From contig CAXXMV010000006.1 of assembly GCA_963662285.2 (NCBI GenBank), forward strand, positions 1,568,001 to 1,632,000: a stretch of 64,000 nt of DNA. Direction: 5' to 3'. Source of the DNA: a bacterium. GTDB lineage: Bacteria > Hinthialibacterota > Hinthialibacteria > Hinthialibacterales > Hinthialibacteraceae. The translations under genes were made by a program, and so were the position numbers. A model generated the notes under the pieces. The model ran no database searches and was not told where the DNA came from. It saw nothing but the letters and a program-made list of their open reading frames with translations. Shown here in pieces: positions 28,630 through 39,389 of this stretch; position 1 is the first letter of the stretch; each line of letters opens with the position of its first letter.

Positions 28630-30321
28630 GTGGAGCAAATTGCAGAAGTAAAAAAGACAAAATTGTTTGAAGGCGTCACCCCGTATCATTGGTTTGTCGT
28701 TTTAGTCGCATCTGCGGGATGGCTTTTTGACTGCATGGATCAGCGTTTGTTCGTCATGTCCCGGCAAGCAGCATTGACCGATCTAATGGGTGTAGAGGCT
28801 GCGCAATCAGCTATTGATGAAATGGTTGGTTGGGCTACTACAGCGATGATTTTAGGTTGGGCGACTGGCGGCATCATATTTGGCATGATGAGCGATAGAG
28901 TAGGCCGTGTAAGAACAATGGTTTTAACTCTATTCATTTATGCCGGATTCACAGGGCTTTGCGCATTAGCCAAGGGATGGGGAGACTTTCTCTTCTACCG
29001 TTTTCTGGTTGGTCTTGGCGTTGGTGGAATGTTTGGCGCGGCAACCAGTTTAGTAGCAGAAAGCGTTCCCAGCCGGGTTCGGGCATTGGCCTTGGGAACG
29101 TTGCAGGCGTTGTCGGCATTTGGAAATATACTGGGCGCTTATATTGCTTATCACATTAAACCATCTGAAGCAGAATATATTTTTGGTTTAGCTGGCTGGC
29201 AAGTGTTGTTCACGATTGGCGTCCTTCCTGCGTTTCTGGTTATTCCGATTGTATTCATTCTGAAAGAGCCTGATTCGTGGATCAAGGCTAAAGCAGAATC
29301 TGCCAAAGGTGAAGGTCACAAATCGGTTGGATCATTCAGCGATTTATTTAAAAACAAGCGTTGGAGAACCAATACTATTGTCGGTCTCTGTCTTGGCGTT
29401 TCCGGCATGGTGGGTCTATGGGGCATTGGTTTTTATTCTCCTGAATTAATAACGGATGCTTTGAGCGACAATCCGATAGAAGAAAATTATATTCTGAAAC
29501 CGACGGAATTGGTTCAAACCTTTAATGATTCCGACAATCAAGGCGCAGTATATATTAAAGGTCTGTTGTCGCAATCACTCCAACAGCAAATCGTTGAATT
29601 GAAGGATGCTGAACCATCCGAGGCCATACAGAAAAACATAATTGCAGACCTTAATAAAGTTGTTTTTGGTAAAGCAATTTATTCTGCTGAAGTGTTTCCC
29701 GATCCGTCAGTAATATCTAAAGATGTTGAACGGTTTGTTGAACACGGAACGAAATCAGAAGCGCAATTGGCCAAGTTTAACCGTTTAATTATTGATTATG
29801 TATTGGGTGATAAAATTTACAGTTTGCGGCAGTATTCGGCTGAGACGCGCGCGATTGGCATGGGGTTCTTTGATATTGGCGCGTTTTTCGGAATGTTTGC
29901 TTTTACGTTTATTGCATCGTTCTTCAGCCGTCGTTTAGCATTTTTATTGACGTTTATAATGTGTTTGTTTGTAACCATCTTTGTCTTCTCATCTCTGGAC
30001 AATGCTGTTGACGCCTATTGGATGCTGCCTTTAATGGGATTTGCTCAATTGGCGGTGTTTGGCGGATATTCCATTTATTTTCCGGAACTTTATCCCACTC
30101 GTTTACGTGGCACCGGAGTCGGCTTCTGCTATAACACTGTTCGTTACCTGCTGGCGCCATTCCCGGCATTGATGATGATGATGACGAGCGTATTCTTCAA
30201 TATGGGCTTTAGCCAACCAATCCGGGTTGCGGCGATAATTATGTCATTTATTTATATTATCGGTATGGTTGCTCTTATCTGGGCGCCAGAGACTAAGGAT
30301 CAACCTTTGCCGGAAGATTAA
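28630..30321 (+). CDS. MFS transporter with a large inserted soluble loop
   Basis: GWLFDCMD, GMMSDRVGR, RFLVGLGVGG, PELYPTRLRGTG, PET; GGAGG RBS favours GTG 28630. Confidence 0.9.
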   Translation: MEQIAEVKKTKLFEGVTPYHWFVVLVASAGWLFDCMDQRLFVMSRQAALTDLMGVEAAQSAIDEMVGWATTAMILGWATGGIIFGMMSDRVGRVRTMVLTLFIYAGFTGLCALAKGWGDFLFYRFLVGLGVGGMFGAATSLVAESVPSRVRALALGTLQALSAFGNILGAYIAYHIKPSEAEYIFGLAGWQVLFTIGVLPAFLVIPIVFILKEPDSWIKAKAESAKGEGHKSVGSFSDLFKNKRWRTNTIVGLCLGVSGMVGLWGIGFYSPELITDALSDNPIEENYILKPTELVQTFNDSDNQGAVYIKGLLSQSLQQQIVELKDAEPSEAIQKNIIADLNKVVFGKAIYSAEVFPDPSVISKDVERFVEHGTKSEAQLAKFNRLIIDYVLGDKIYSLRQYSAETRAIGMGFFDIGAFFGMFAFTFIASFFSRRLAFLLTFIMCLFVTIFVFSSLDNAVDAYWMLPLMGFAQLAVFGGYSIYFPELYPTRLRGTGVGFCYNTVRYLLAPFPALMMMMTSVFFNMGFSQPIRVAAIIMSFIYIIGMVALIWAPETKDQPLPED

Positions 30322-30348
30322 TTATGAAATAAACCAATAAACATTGGC

Positions 30349-30386
30349 AAAATGGCTCTACAGCGATAATTCTGTAGAGCCATTTT
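30349..30386 (+). terminator. Intrinsic terminator after MFS gene
   Basis: AAAATGGCTCTACAG-N8-CTGTAGAGCCATTTT. Confidence 0.85.
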
Positions 30387-30684
30387 AATTTATTTTTGTT
30401 TGTAAAGTAGACAACCGTATTACAAAAACCTATTATAATAGTGATATTGATGGGTTTATCGGATATGCAGGAACAATTGGATTTATTTGGTTTTCATTTG
30501 CGTTGTTATTTTTTTAATAATTTTATGTGATTTATTGTAAAAAGCGTGGGTGAATTTATTTTTCCATTTTTCTTTTTTTGATTATTATATTCTGATATTT
30601 ATTGTAAGCGCTTTGTATCTTTTTTTATAAAGAACCAAAATTGTATTATCTTCATATCGGGGATTTAACATAGAGGATTTTTAA

Positions 30685-31611
30685 ATGAATAATTATGCTC
30701 AAGCAGCAGCAGAAATGAAGGAGATGCTCATTAGCGAGTATCTTAAAAAGAATCCTGGAACTAGACGTAACGAAGTAACAACAAAATTAGTTAACGGGCG
30801 GGTTGTAATAGAAACTGTTGGAAATGTAATCTGCAACTGTTCGCCAAAAAATAAAGTTTCGGCTTTTTCTCCCAAAGAACAATCATTGCTCAAGCAACTA
30901 GCGGCTGGCGGTGATGAGCGATATGCGGCATGTTTGGATTCTATTGGTTCATCTAAAAAATATGTTGGATGGCTTCATAGTGCGAAATTTGTCCCTTTTG
31001 GAGATATTGAAAAGAATGAGACATTGGAGTTTCTTGCTAAAAAAGATGAAGTCAGCGGGAGACGCTCTTTAGATATTTTGAATGTCAAAAAACAACTGGT
31101 TCTATTGATGAAAGCCAAAGTGAAAGCATCTAAATCCATGGTGCAAACATTAACCATGGAATATATGCAGGCGGTTCAAGGCCAGTTAAAAGCCCAGGGC
31201 GCAGTCTTTAATAGAGAGATTGATCTGGGCAACTCATTTACTGAAAATGTTGAAAAATTCATTAAAGATAATATTCGCATCGCTCAACCAAAACTTGATA
31301 AAAAATCATTAATTGATATTGCAAAAGCCTATCAGGTGGCAAGCAACCAGAAAATTGATCCCTTAGATATTCCTCAAAAACTTGATAATAAAGAATTTGA
31401 TAAAGCGATTAATAATGTAAAAGATAAACTTGATAAACTCCGTGAAGAATTTGATAATATTCAAAAGTTGATTAATTTTATGGAAGAACTGGTAGATCAG
31501 TTGCTTCAATCGAAGGATAAGGACCTTACTGCACCTCCTGCTAAAGAGGAAAAAACCGGTCCATCCGGTCCTCGTATGGCGTTTTTATCCAAAAGCAGGG
31601 GACGGCGTTAG
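30685..31611 (+). CDS. Hypothetical Lys-rich protein with C-terminal coiled coil
   Basis: 308-aa ORF, GAGG RBS, heptad-like C-terminal helix; no family recognised. Confidence 0.75.
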   Translation: MNNYAQAAAEMKEMLISEYLKKNPGTRRNEVTTKLVNGRVVIETVGNVICNCSPKNKVSAFSPKEQSLLKQLAAGGDERYAACLDSIGSSKKYVGWLHSAKFVPFGDIEKNETLEFLAKKDEVSGRRSLDILNVKKQLVLLMKAKVKASKSMVQTLTMEYMQAVQGQLKAQGAVFNREIDLGNSFTENVEKFIKDNIRIAQPKLDKKSLIDIAKAYQVASNQKIDPLDIPQKLDNKEFDKAINNVKDKLDKLREEFDNIQKLINFMEELVDQLLQSKDKDLTAPPAKEEKTGPSGPRMAFLSKSRGRR

Positions 31612-31634
31612 AACTATTGTGATTATATTGCATA

Positions 31635-32573
31635 TTATATAAGCGCTTGGCAATATGAAGCGCATGACTTGCCCAAAGCCTCCAAATTATAGCCTCCCTC
31701 CAGGCAGCCGATATGTTTGCCTTTACAGTATTGACCTGCGATCTTGCGGGTGATCTGCGCCAGCTCGGCGTAATGCTTTTCTTCCAGAAGCCAATTGCCC
31801 AATGGATCGTCTTTATGTCCATCGAAACCGGCGGAGACCAGGATAAGTTCCGGATTATAGCGCTTCGCAATGCCCTCTATAGTCTGCTTAAAAGCAGTGA
31901 TAACCTGTTTCGCTTCGATAAACGGGGGGAAGGGAAGGTTGCAGTTGAAACCTTCTCCCTTGCCTTTGCCAGTCTCGTAGGGTAATCCCGTTCCGGGATA
32001 ATGCGGATATTGATGGGTGGAAAAATAGAATACGGTATTATCCTCATAGAAAGTATCCTGCACTCCGTTTCCATGGTGGATATCCCAGTCGATAATCAGT
32101 ATTCTGCTTAAATCATGTTTTTTCAAAGCGTAACGGGCGGCGATGGCGATGTTGTTGAAGATGCAGAAACCCATCGATTTATCATGGCAGGCATGGTGGC
32201 CCGGAGGTCTTGAAGCGACGAAGGCGGTGTTGGCTTCACCGTTGCAAACGGCGTCTACAGCTGCCAGGCATGCTCCGGTGGATAATCGGGCGATTTCAAA
32301 TGAGGCCGGGCTGACTGGAGTGTCGCCATCCGCCATTCCTCCGCCTTTGGTGGATAAATCTTCAATAAATTTTATATGGCTTGCATCATGAACCAGTTCC
32401 AATTCCTGGATTGAAGCCAGGCGTGGTTTACGCCAGGCGACAGCATCTTGCGGCAGCATGTTTTTAAGAGCGTTATAAACCGCATCCATGCGTTCCGGTT
32501 TTTCCGGGTGCTCGCCCGTTTTATGTTCTTTGAAGCGCTCGGAATAGAATATATGAAGGTAGGATTGCTTCAT
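31635..32573 (-). CDS. Histone deacetylase/AcuC family deacetylase
   Basis: HPE, RPPGHHA, GFCIFNN, DWDIHHGNG, SAGFD, EGGY; AAGGAG RBS favours ATG 32573. Confidence 0.95.
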   Translation of the reverse strand: MKQSYLHIFYSERFKEHKTGEHPEKPERMDAVYNALKNMLPQDAVAWRKPRLASIQELELVHDASHIKFIEDLSTKGGGMADGDTPVSPASFEIARLSTGACLAAVDAVCNGEANTAFVASRPPGHHACHDKSMGFCIFNNIAIAARYALKKHDLSRILIIDWDIHHGNGVQDTFYEDNTVFYFSTHQYPHYPGTGLPYETGKGKGEGFNCNLPFPPFIEAKQVITAFKQTIEGIAKRYNPELILVSAGFDGHKDDPLGNWLLEEKHYAELAQITRKIAGQYCKGKHIGCLEGGYNLEALGKSCASYCQALI

Positions 32574-32596
32574 TTTATTCTCCTTTTGCATGACTG

Positions 32597-33238
32597 CTAT
32601 ACATTGTCCAGTGTTGTTGTATGTCCAGGGATGATTCCTTTTGATATAAGCATGGGGCTAATGCGGTCGCGGCGTAAGCGGTCCGCTCTGATAATGCTGT
32701 GGACGTCGTCCCGTGCGTTTTCCAGAATATTATTGATGACGAAATAATTGAATATATCCAGGTAACGCATTTCCTGTTCGACGCGCTCAATACGATAGTC
32801 GAGGTCGTCGCCCGTGCCTTTTTCACGTGAGAAGAGTCTTTCACGCAATGCTTCCAGTGAAGGAGGCATGAGATAGATCAGGATGGCGTTTTTATACAGC
32901 GACCTGATAGATGCTGCGCCTTGTATATCAATATCCAGGATTACATCCAGTCCCTTATTGAATTGTTCATCCAGAAATGAGCGAAGCGTACCGTAGTAAT
33001 TTTCATAGACTGTAGCCCATTCCGCCAGTTCATGTTTTTGGACGGCTTGTTCAAAATGTTGTTTTGATACGAAAAAGTAGTTTTCGCCTTCTTTTTCGCC
33101 CGGTCTGGGAGAGCGGGTGGTCATGGAGATGGAATGGATTAATTCCGGACATATTTTGATAACTTGAGATACAACTGTATTCTTACCTACTCCTGATGGT
33201 CCGGAAACTACGATGGGGATGCCTTTGATGCATGACAT
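32597..33238 (-). CDS. gmk: Guanylate kinase
   Basis: SGPSGVGK, TTRSPRPGE, NYYGT, DIDIQGA, PPS. Confidence 0.96.
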   Translation of the reverse strand: MSCIKGIPIVVSGPSGVGKNTVVSQVIKICPELIHSISMTTRSPRPGEKEGENYFFVSKQHFEQAVQKHELAEWATVYENYYGTLRSFLDEQFNKGLDVILDIDIQGAASIRSLYKNAILIYLMPPSLEALRERLFSREKGTGDDLDYRIERVEQEMRYLDIFNYFVINNILENARDDVHSIIRADRLRRDRISPMLISKGIIPGHTTTLDNV

Positions 33239-33286
33239 TATCTAGTATTCACTTTCAAAAATAAATTATTGATTTTATGTAAACCA

Positions 33287-34774
33287 TTATCGCGTCCAGA
33301 AGCGCGGCGCAGTAAGGATCAAGACTGAGTATAACTCAAGTCTTCCGACAATCATGCAAAAAGAGAGCCACCACTTAATCAGAAGGGGTAAACCGGCGAA
33401 ATTATCATAAGGTCCAACCGCTCCCAATCCCGGACCTATATTAAAAAGGCAAGCGGCGGTGGCGGTCATTGATGTGATGAAATCCATATCAAATGCAGAT
33501 AATAGCAGGGTTGAAAAAATAAAGATGGCGCCGACCAGAATAAAGAAGCCGCTGATGCCGTAGAGTACTTTATCTGAAACCGGTACACCATCCTGTTTTA
33601 TGATTACTACAGACGTGGGGTAGAGCAGACGCAGCATTTCGCGGTAGGCGATTTTGGCAAGAAGAATAATGCGGATAACTTTCATACCACCGCCAGTTGA
33701 ACCAGCGCATCCACCGATAAACATCAGGAAAAAGAGGATCATGCAAGCCATTTTGGGCCATATCTCAAAATCAGCTGTGCAGTAGCCAGTGGTGGTCATG
33801 ATTGAAACCACCTGAAAAGCTGATTGTTCGATGGAATGAAACCAATTGCCTTCAAGGTCGCTTCCTCCAACCAGCAGGGTGATAACCAGGGTTCCTCCCA
33901 AAAGGAAGAAAATATAAATCCGCAATTCAGTGCTGCGCCAGAAGCAGGAGAATTCCCCTTTCAAAAAGCGGTAATGCAGGGCGAAATTGGCCCCGGCTAT
34001 TATCATGAATACAATAATCACCCAATTAATGGCGTGGCTGTTGTATCCTCCCACGCTCTGAGGATGGGTGGAGAAGCCGCCGGTGGCTACCGTGCCGAAT
34101 GAATGGCATAGGGCTTCGTATAAGTTCATTCCACAGAACATCAAAGCTAAGGTTTGGAGGATGGTAACCAGGATATATACCTTGGATAGAGTAAAAGCCG
34201 TGTCTGTGATTCGCGGCTTGAGCCGATCCGTCACCGGGCCGGGCACTTCGGCTTTGAAGAGTTGCATGCCCCCGGCGCCGATCAGGGGAAGAATGGCAAG
34301 CGATAGAACAATAATGCCCATACCGCCCAGCCAATGGCCGGTGCTGCGCCAGAACATGATGCCGTGGGGTTGGTCGAAATCGTTCAGAACGCTGGCGCCG
34401 GTGGTGGTTAAACCGGAAGCGCTTTCGAAAAAACTGTCTGTGAATGATGTGAATACGTTTAATAAAGTATTGCTAGACTCTGGATCAATAAAAGTCTCTG
34501 ATATGAAGAATGGTAATGAACCGAACAGGCTGCATAAGAACCATCCGCCGGTTACGATGAGGAAACCTTCGCGCGGCGTGATGTCAATGTCCTTTTTTTT
34601 ATCGCGGACCAGCAGCATGGCGCCGCCTACGGCTACGGTAAGCAGGATGGATATCACCAGCGGCGATACGCCTCCCGTACCGAACCATAAAGCCATGCCT
34701 AATGCGGGAAGCATGGCGGCGCTGTAGACGATAAGAATCCAACCGAGTATGTATATGACAAGTTCGAGTCGCAT
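33287..34774 (-). CDS. trkH: TrkH family potassium uptake membrane protein
   Basis: FESASGLTTTGA, WLGGMG, ATGGFS, TTTGY, GGCAGSTGGG, NIGPG, GRLE. Confidence 0.95.
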   Translation of the reverse strand: MRLELVIYILGWILIVYSAAMLPALGMALWFGTGGVSPLVISILLTVAVGGAMLLVRDKKKDIDITPREGFLIVTGGWFLCSLFGSLPFFISETFIDPESSNTLLNVFTSFTDSFFESASGLTTTGASVLNDFDQPHGIMFWRSTGHWLGGMGIIVLSLAILPLIGAGGMQLFKAEVPGPVTDRLKPRITDTAFTLSKVYILVTILQTLALMFCGMNLYEALCHSFGTVATGGFSTHPQSVGGYNSHAINWVIIVFMIIAGANFALHYRFLKGEFSCFWRSTELRIYIFFLLGGTLVITLLVGGSDLEGNWFHSIEQSAFQVVSIMTTTGYCTADFEIWPKMACMILFFLMFIGGCAGSTGGGMKVIRIILLAKIAYREMLRLLYPTSVVIIKQDGVPVSDKVLYGISGFFILVGAIFIFSTLLLSAFDMDFITSMTATAACLFNIGPGLGAVGPYDNFAGLPLLIKWWLSFCMIVGRLELYSVLILTAPRFWTR

Positions 34775-35175
34775 GTGTTTTGATTTTCTAACAATTTGAA
34801 CGATGGTTTTTGCTAATTAAAATTTTTGGATAACCAATACTTTACCACAATCGCGCTGAATCAGTAGATGCGTCAAATACTTTAACACAGGCTATTATCA
34901 AGCGATGCCGCAACGCATCTAAAGATTTTTGTTATGTTTATGCTATAATGATTGTCTTGTTAGCATTACTATTTCTATGAACAAACGTATATATATGGCG
35001 ATTGTCAAAACATGCTTTATTCGATAGAGAGATTACTATAAATAAATCGTAATAATTTATAGGCGCCCTCAAGTTCAATGTCCATAGAAAAGAAACTTTG
35101 ATAAATACGTTTATTTTCAGGCTGAAAATACGTTGATTATCTTAATAAATAAACTGAAAATTCCGGGATAAATCG

Positions 35176-37740
35176 ATGTCAATAGTTAGTAAAGTATTAA
35201 AAACAATATTCGGTACGAAACAGGATCGCGATATGAAGCGTTATGCTCCATACATCGAAGCGATCAATGCTATGGAGGATTGGGCTAAAGGATTATCTGA
35301 TAATGAGTTACGTGAACAGTCGGATGTTTTTCGTCAGCGCATTAACGAAGGTGAAGCATTTTATGATCTGATTCCTGAAGCGTTCGCCGTGGTTCGGGAA
35401 GCAGCTCAACGAACTGTGGGGATGCGGCATTTCGACGTCCAGCTGGTTGGCGGTATTGTGCTTTTTGAAGGCAAAATCGCAGAAATGGGAACCGGTGAAG
35501 GTAAAACGCTGGTGGCTACATTACCCGCATATCTTCACGGTTTGACCGGCAAAGGCGTTCATATAGTAACGGTTAACGATTATCTGGCGCGGCGCGACCG
35601 TGAATGGATGGGACCGATCTATGAATTTCTAGGGCTTTCGGTAGGCGTAATCCAAAGCAATATGGATCCGCAAGACCGGCAGGCTAATTACGCCTGTGAT
35701 ATTACTTTTGGTACTAACAATGAGTTCGGCTTCGACTATCTGCGCGACAATATGTCGATCAACAAGGAGTATTGCGTACAACGCGATCTGTATTTCGCTA
35801 TTGTTGACGAGGTAGACAGCATCCTGATTGATGAAGCCCGTACGCCGCTGATTATTTCCGGTCCAGCGGAAGAATCAACCGATAAATACTATATCGTTGA
35901 TCGGGTCGTGAAGAAATTGATCAAACATCAGGATTACACGGTTGAAGAACGAGATCAGGTGGCTATGCTCACCGAAGAAGGCACTGAGAAAATTCAGAAC
36001 CTTCTCAATGTTAATATCTACGAAGAAAAAAATATCGACCTGGTTCATCATGTCCAATCCGCATTGCGCGCCTATAGCTTTTTTAACCGTGATGACCGCT
36101 ATATCGTCGAGAACGGCGAAGTGGTTATTATTGATGAATTCACCGGGCGTAAGATGCCCGGTCGAAGGTATAGCGATGGATTGCATCAGGCCCTGGAAGC
36201 CAAAGAGGGATTGAAAATTCAGCGTGAGAACCAGACGCTGGCTACTATTACTTTCCAAAATTATTTCCGTTTGTATGAAGTCCTGGCCGGTATGACGGGA
36301 ACCGCTGAAACGGAGGCGGATGAGTTTATGGAAATCTATAAACTCGATGTCGTCATTATTCCTTCAAACAAGCCTCTGCAAAGAAACAATTTACCCGACG
36401 CTATTTATAAAACTGAGCGTGAGAAATATAAAGCTATCGTCGATGAGATACATGAGTGTCACCAAAAAGGTCAACCCATGCTGGTGGGTACGGTTTCTAT
36501 CGAGAAGTCGGAGAAACTATCCGCTATGCTCAAGAAGCGCGGCGTTAAGCATGATGTCTTGAATGCCAAGCACCATGAGAGGGAAGCCGATATTGTCGCC
36601 GCTGCGGGGCATAAAGGCGCGGTTACTATCGCCACCAATATGGCGGGGCGCGGTACTGATATTAAACTGGAAGAAGGCGTGGCCGATCTGGGCGGTCTAT
36701 ACGTACTGGGCACCGAGAGGCATGAGAGCCGCCGGATAGATAATCAGCTGCGCGGCCGTTGTGGACGTCAGGGCGATCCCGGACAATCATCTTTCTTCCT
36801 ATCGCTGGATGATGATCTGCTGCGCATCTTCGGCGGCGAGCGCATCAAGTCGCTGGCTGAACGTTTTGGCATGGAAGAAGGTGAAGTCTTGGCGCATGGC
36901 ATGGTCTCCAAGGCTATTGCCAATGCTCAAAAAAAGGTTGAGGCTCATCATTTTGATATTCGTAAACATATCTTGAAATATGATGACGTAATGAATAAAC
37001 AGCGTGAAGTGATCTATGGCGTCAGACATGACCTGCTGCATGATGAGAATCCCGAAGATTATTTCTGGGATATGGCTCTGGAAGTTATCGATTACGTGGT
37101 TGATATTACAATAAACGATCCTCGCGACCAGGATTCGTGGGAAGTTGAAAACCTCAAGAAACTTCTACGGGCGCATTTCAATATAGTTATTCCTTTTGGA
37201 GAAGACCTGCTTAAGTGGTTGGATATTGAAGTCGGGATGAAACGCGAAGATATTATTGAGCGGATTACGGTAAAAGTCCGTGAAAAATATAACGCCCGTA
37301 AAGAGAAATTCGGCGAAGAGATGGCCCATTGGCTTATGTCGATCATTATGCTGCGCACTGTTGACGCCAAGTGGAAAGAACATCTCTATACCATGGATCA
37401 CCTTAAAGATTCGGTCGGGCTGCGCGCTTACGGCCAGAAGGATCCTTTGCAGGAATATCAAAAAGAAGGCTTTGGTCTCTTTCAGGAGATGCATGCCGGG
37501 ATTCAGCAGCAAAGCGTCTCCAGCTGGTTTCATGTTGAGGTGTCGCGGGAATCCACTGCTGAAAGCATGAGACCAACTCAACCGGTTATGAATACCAGCC
37601 ATGGAGAAGGCGGATCTTCTCCAAAACGTTCTCAAAATACAGCATTGAGCCGGAAAATTAAAGTTGGCAGAAATGATACCTGCCCCTGCGGCAGCGGCAA
37701 GAAATATAAGAAATGCTGCATGCTTAAAGAACATGCCTAA
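35176..37740 (+). CDS. secA: Preprotein translocase ATPase SecA
   Basis: MGTGEGKT, VDEVDSILIDEARTPLIISG, ATNMAGRGTDI, C-terminal SEC-C motif CPCGSGKKYKKCC. Confidence 0.98.
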   Translation: MSIVSKVLKTIFGTKQDRDMKRYAPYIEAINAMEDWAKGLSDNELREQSDVFRQRINEGEAFYDLIPEAFAVVREAAQRTVGMRHFDVQLVGGIVLFEGKIAEMGTGEGKTLVATLPAYLHGLTGKGVHIVTVNDYLARRDREWMGPIYEFLGLSVGVIQSNMDPQDRQANYACDITFGTNNEFGFDYLRDNMSINKEYCVQRDLYFAIVDEVDSILIDEARTPLIISGPAEESTDKYYIVDRVVKKLIKHQDYTVEERDQVAMLTEEGTEKIQNLLNVNIYEEKNIDLVHHVQSALRAYSFFNRDDRYIVENGEVVIIDEFTGRKMPGRRYSDGLHQALEAKEGLKIQRENQTLATITFQNYFRLYEVLAGMTGTAETEADEFMEIYKLDVVIIPSNKPLQRNNLPDAIYKTEREKYKAIVDEIHECHQKGQPMLVGTVSIEKSEKLSAMLKKRGVKHDVLNAKHHEREADIVAAAGHKGAVTIATNMAGRGTDIKLEEGVADLGGLYVLGTERHESRRIDNQLRGRCGRQGDPGQSSFFLSLDDDLLRIFGGERIKSLAERFGMEEGEVLAHGMVSKAIANAQKKVEAHHFDIRKHILKYDDVMNKQREVIYGVRHDLLHDENPEDYFWDMALEVIDYVVDITINDPRDQDSWEVENLKKLLRAHFNIVIPFGEDLLKWLDIEVGMKREDIIERITVKVREKYNARKEKFGEEMAHWLMSIIMLRTVDAKWKEHLYTMDHLKDSVGLRAYGQKDPLQEYQKEGFGLFQEMHAGIQQQSVSSWFHVEVSRESTAESMRPTQPVMNTSHGEGGSSPKRSQNTALSRKIKVGRNDTCPCGSGKKYKKCCMLKEHA

Positions 37741-37767
37741 GCGTGATAAAAAAGTAGTGATAAAAAA

Positions 37768-37860
37768 GTAGGGTGGGCTAAAAGCGACAGCGTAGCCCAC
37801 CATGATAATTAAGTGGCTCAGGTGGGCTACGCCGCTTTCGTGGCTTTTAGCCCACCCTAC
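37768..37860. repeat. GTAG-family REP doublet (REPIN-like), copy 1
   Basis: GTAGGGTGGGCTAAAAGC...GTAGCCCACC-N19-GGTGGGCTAC...GCTTTTAGCCCACCCTAC between convergent genes. Confidence 0.85.
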
Positions 37861-37874
37861 GCGCTGATCATTTT

Positions 37875-39260
37875 TTATTGTGACAATAATACAGCAACGC
37901 TTTGTCCCGGCAGGGCATAATTCAAGCAACCTTTTTTAACGGTTAGCGTTTCTGGATCATTTAATATTTCTATCTTACGGCCATTGATTGATTGCAATCC
38001 ACTGATTTCAAACTCTATCGGTTCGACGGCTTCATTTACGATAATAAATGCATAGTCATCTTTTACTTTTTTAGCCAGTAAAACAACTCCTTTTTCATCC
38101 GAACCATACCTGTGACATTCTTTCAAAGTTATTTTGCTATTAGCGTCTTTGGCAGAAAGGAAGCGTTGCAGCTCACTCAGTTCTGAAACCACTTTTTTGA
38201 TGTCATTCCATAATTCCGAATTTGGTTCAGGAGCGAATGTTCCCCAATAGAGAATGCCGCGCGCTCTATTAACGATGGAGTCGTAAGCCATGAATCTGGT
38301 TTGTTGGTATGTCGGGCGTGGTCTGGTTGTTTCCGGTTTAGCGTCTAGCAAGTCATCCCATCCAAATCCTTGCAGCACCATCCATACCGGTTTTCCGGGA
38401 GCTGAAGCTGCCATGCGGCGGGTATAACTTCCCACGCTGCTAATGTTTCTTTCCTGAAGATCGCTATGCCCGACCTTTGGGCCGAACGGCACGGGATAAA
38501 TATCGCAGCCTACAATATCGGCCACATTTTGGAACTTTTTCAGATCATCCAATGTATTGCGCGGGGCGTGGTTGAACCAGATTACATGTTCTGGATCATT
38601 ATCCCTTACGATTTTTGATCCCTGGTTTAACTGTTGCATCAACGCTGGAATATGCATATACCAATCACTCAATTTCTCACTGGCGCTTTTCATTCCCAAT
38701 GTAAGCCTCATCTGATCTTCGATCTCTTCAGCCTGGGCGTAGCGACCGCTGGAACGGTACCGTTCCCATTGGGTCTGTAATTCGCGCAACTGCGATTGTT
38801 CTTCGTTTGATCCCTTGAAGTTTTTTAAGGCGTTATTTACTTCTTTCCAGCGTACTTGCGCCCTGTTCCATCTCAACCACCAGACATTCCATAAGATTTC
38901 ATCGGGGCCTTCCCAGACCGCTAAGGCCGGGTGTGATTTGTGCTTATTGATCAATTCACTGAGTTTGTCTTTTTGGTTTTGATCCGCAACCGCCCAGTTT
39001 CCTACTGGAATCCAGCATTGCAATCCAGCCTTCTGCGCCCGATCCAGTGATTCAGCATTTGCATTGGCGCGGATCAAATTAAATCCGGCGCCAGCCGCTT
39101 CCTGAGCAAAATCGTCGTTATCCGCAGTCTGGTATAGTCCAAGAACAAAGCGCCGTTCCCCATTCACCATTAACATACCGTCTTTATCGAGCATCGTATT
39201 TCCAGCCCATGATGCGCTGATGCAAAACATTGTTGTCATAAATACAAAGAAATATCTCAT
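37875..39260 (-). CDS. Secreted glycoside hydrolase-like TIM-barrel protein
   Basis: Signal peptide; HPALAVWEGPDE, DIVGCDIYPVP, KPVWMVLQGFGW, ARGILYW. Confidence 0.65.
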   Translation of the reverse strand: MRYFFVFMTTMFCISASWAGNTMLDKDGMLMVNGERRFVLGLYQTADNDDFAQEAAGAGFNLIRANANAESLDRAQKAGLQCWIPVGNWAVADQNQKDKLSELINKHKSHPALAVWEGPDEILWNVWWLRWNRAQVRWKEVNNALKNFKGSNEEQSQLRELQTQWERYRSSGRYAQAEEIEDQMRLTLGMKSASEKLSDWYMHIPALMQQLNQGSKIVRDNDPEHVIWFNHAPRNTLDDLKKFQNVADIVGCDIYPVPFGPKVGHSDLQERNISSVGSYTRRMAASAPGKPVWMVLQGFGWDDLLDAKPETTRPRPTYQQTRFMAYDSIVNRARGILYWGTFAPEPNSELWNDIKKVVSELSELQRFLSAKDANSKITLKECHRYGSDEKGVVLLAKKVKDDYAFIIVNEAVEPIEFEISGLQSINGRKIEILNDPETLTVKKGCLNYALPGQSVAVLLSQ

Positions 39261-39389
39261 AATGTTGATCCTTTTTTATCTGTATGTCCGTTTTTTATAA
39301 GAGGCGTGTTTATACTAACAAATTTTCGCTTGATACAAAAGCTTAGTGGTTGTTTACCTTAAATTATTGTACAGATCGGGGGGAGATAA

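Noticed and set aside
34068-34727. 219-aa plus-strand ORF
   Set aside because: Antisense shadow of trkH.
34864-34921. TAGATGCGT...ACGCATCTA inverted repeat between trkH and secA
   Set aside because: Only 9-bp arms with a long loop; could be a decayed REP, but no riboswitch or operator can be supported.
37165-37929. 254-aa minus-strand ORF
   Set aside because: Antisense shadow of the secA 3' end and the REP element; no protein-like motifs.
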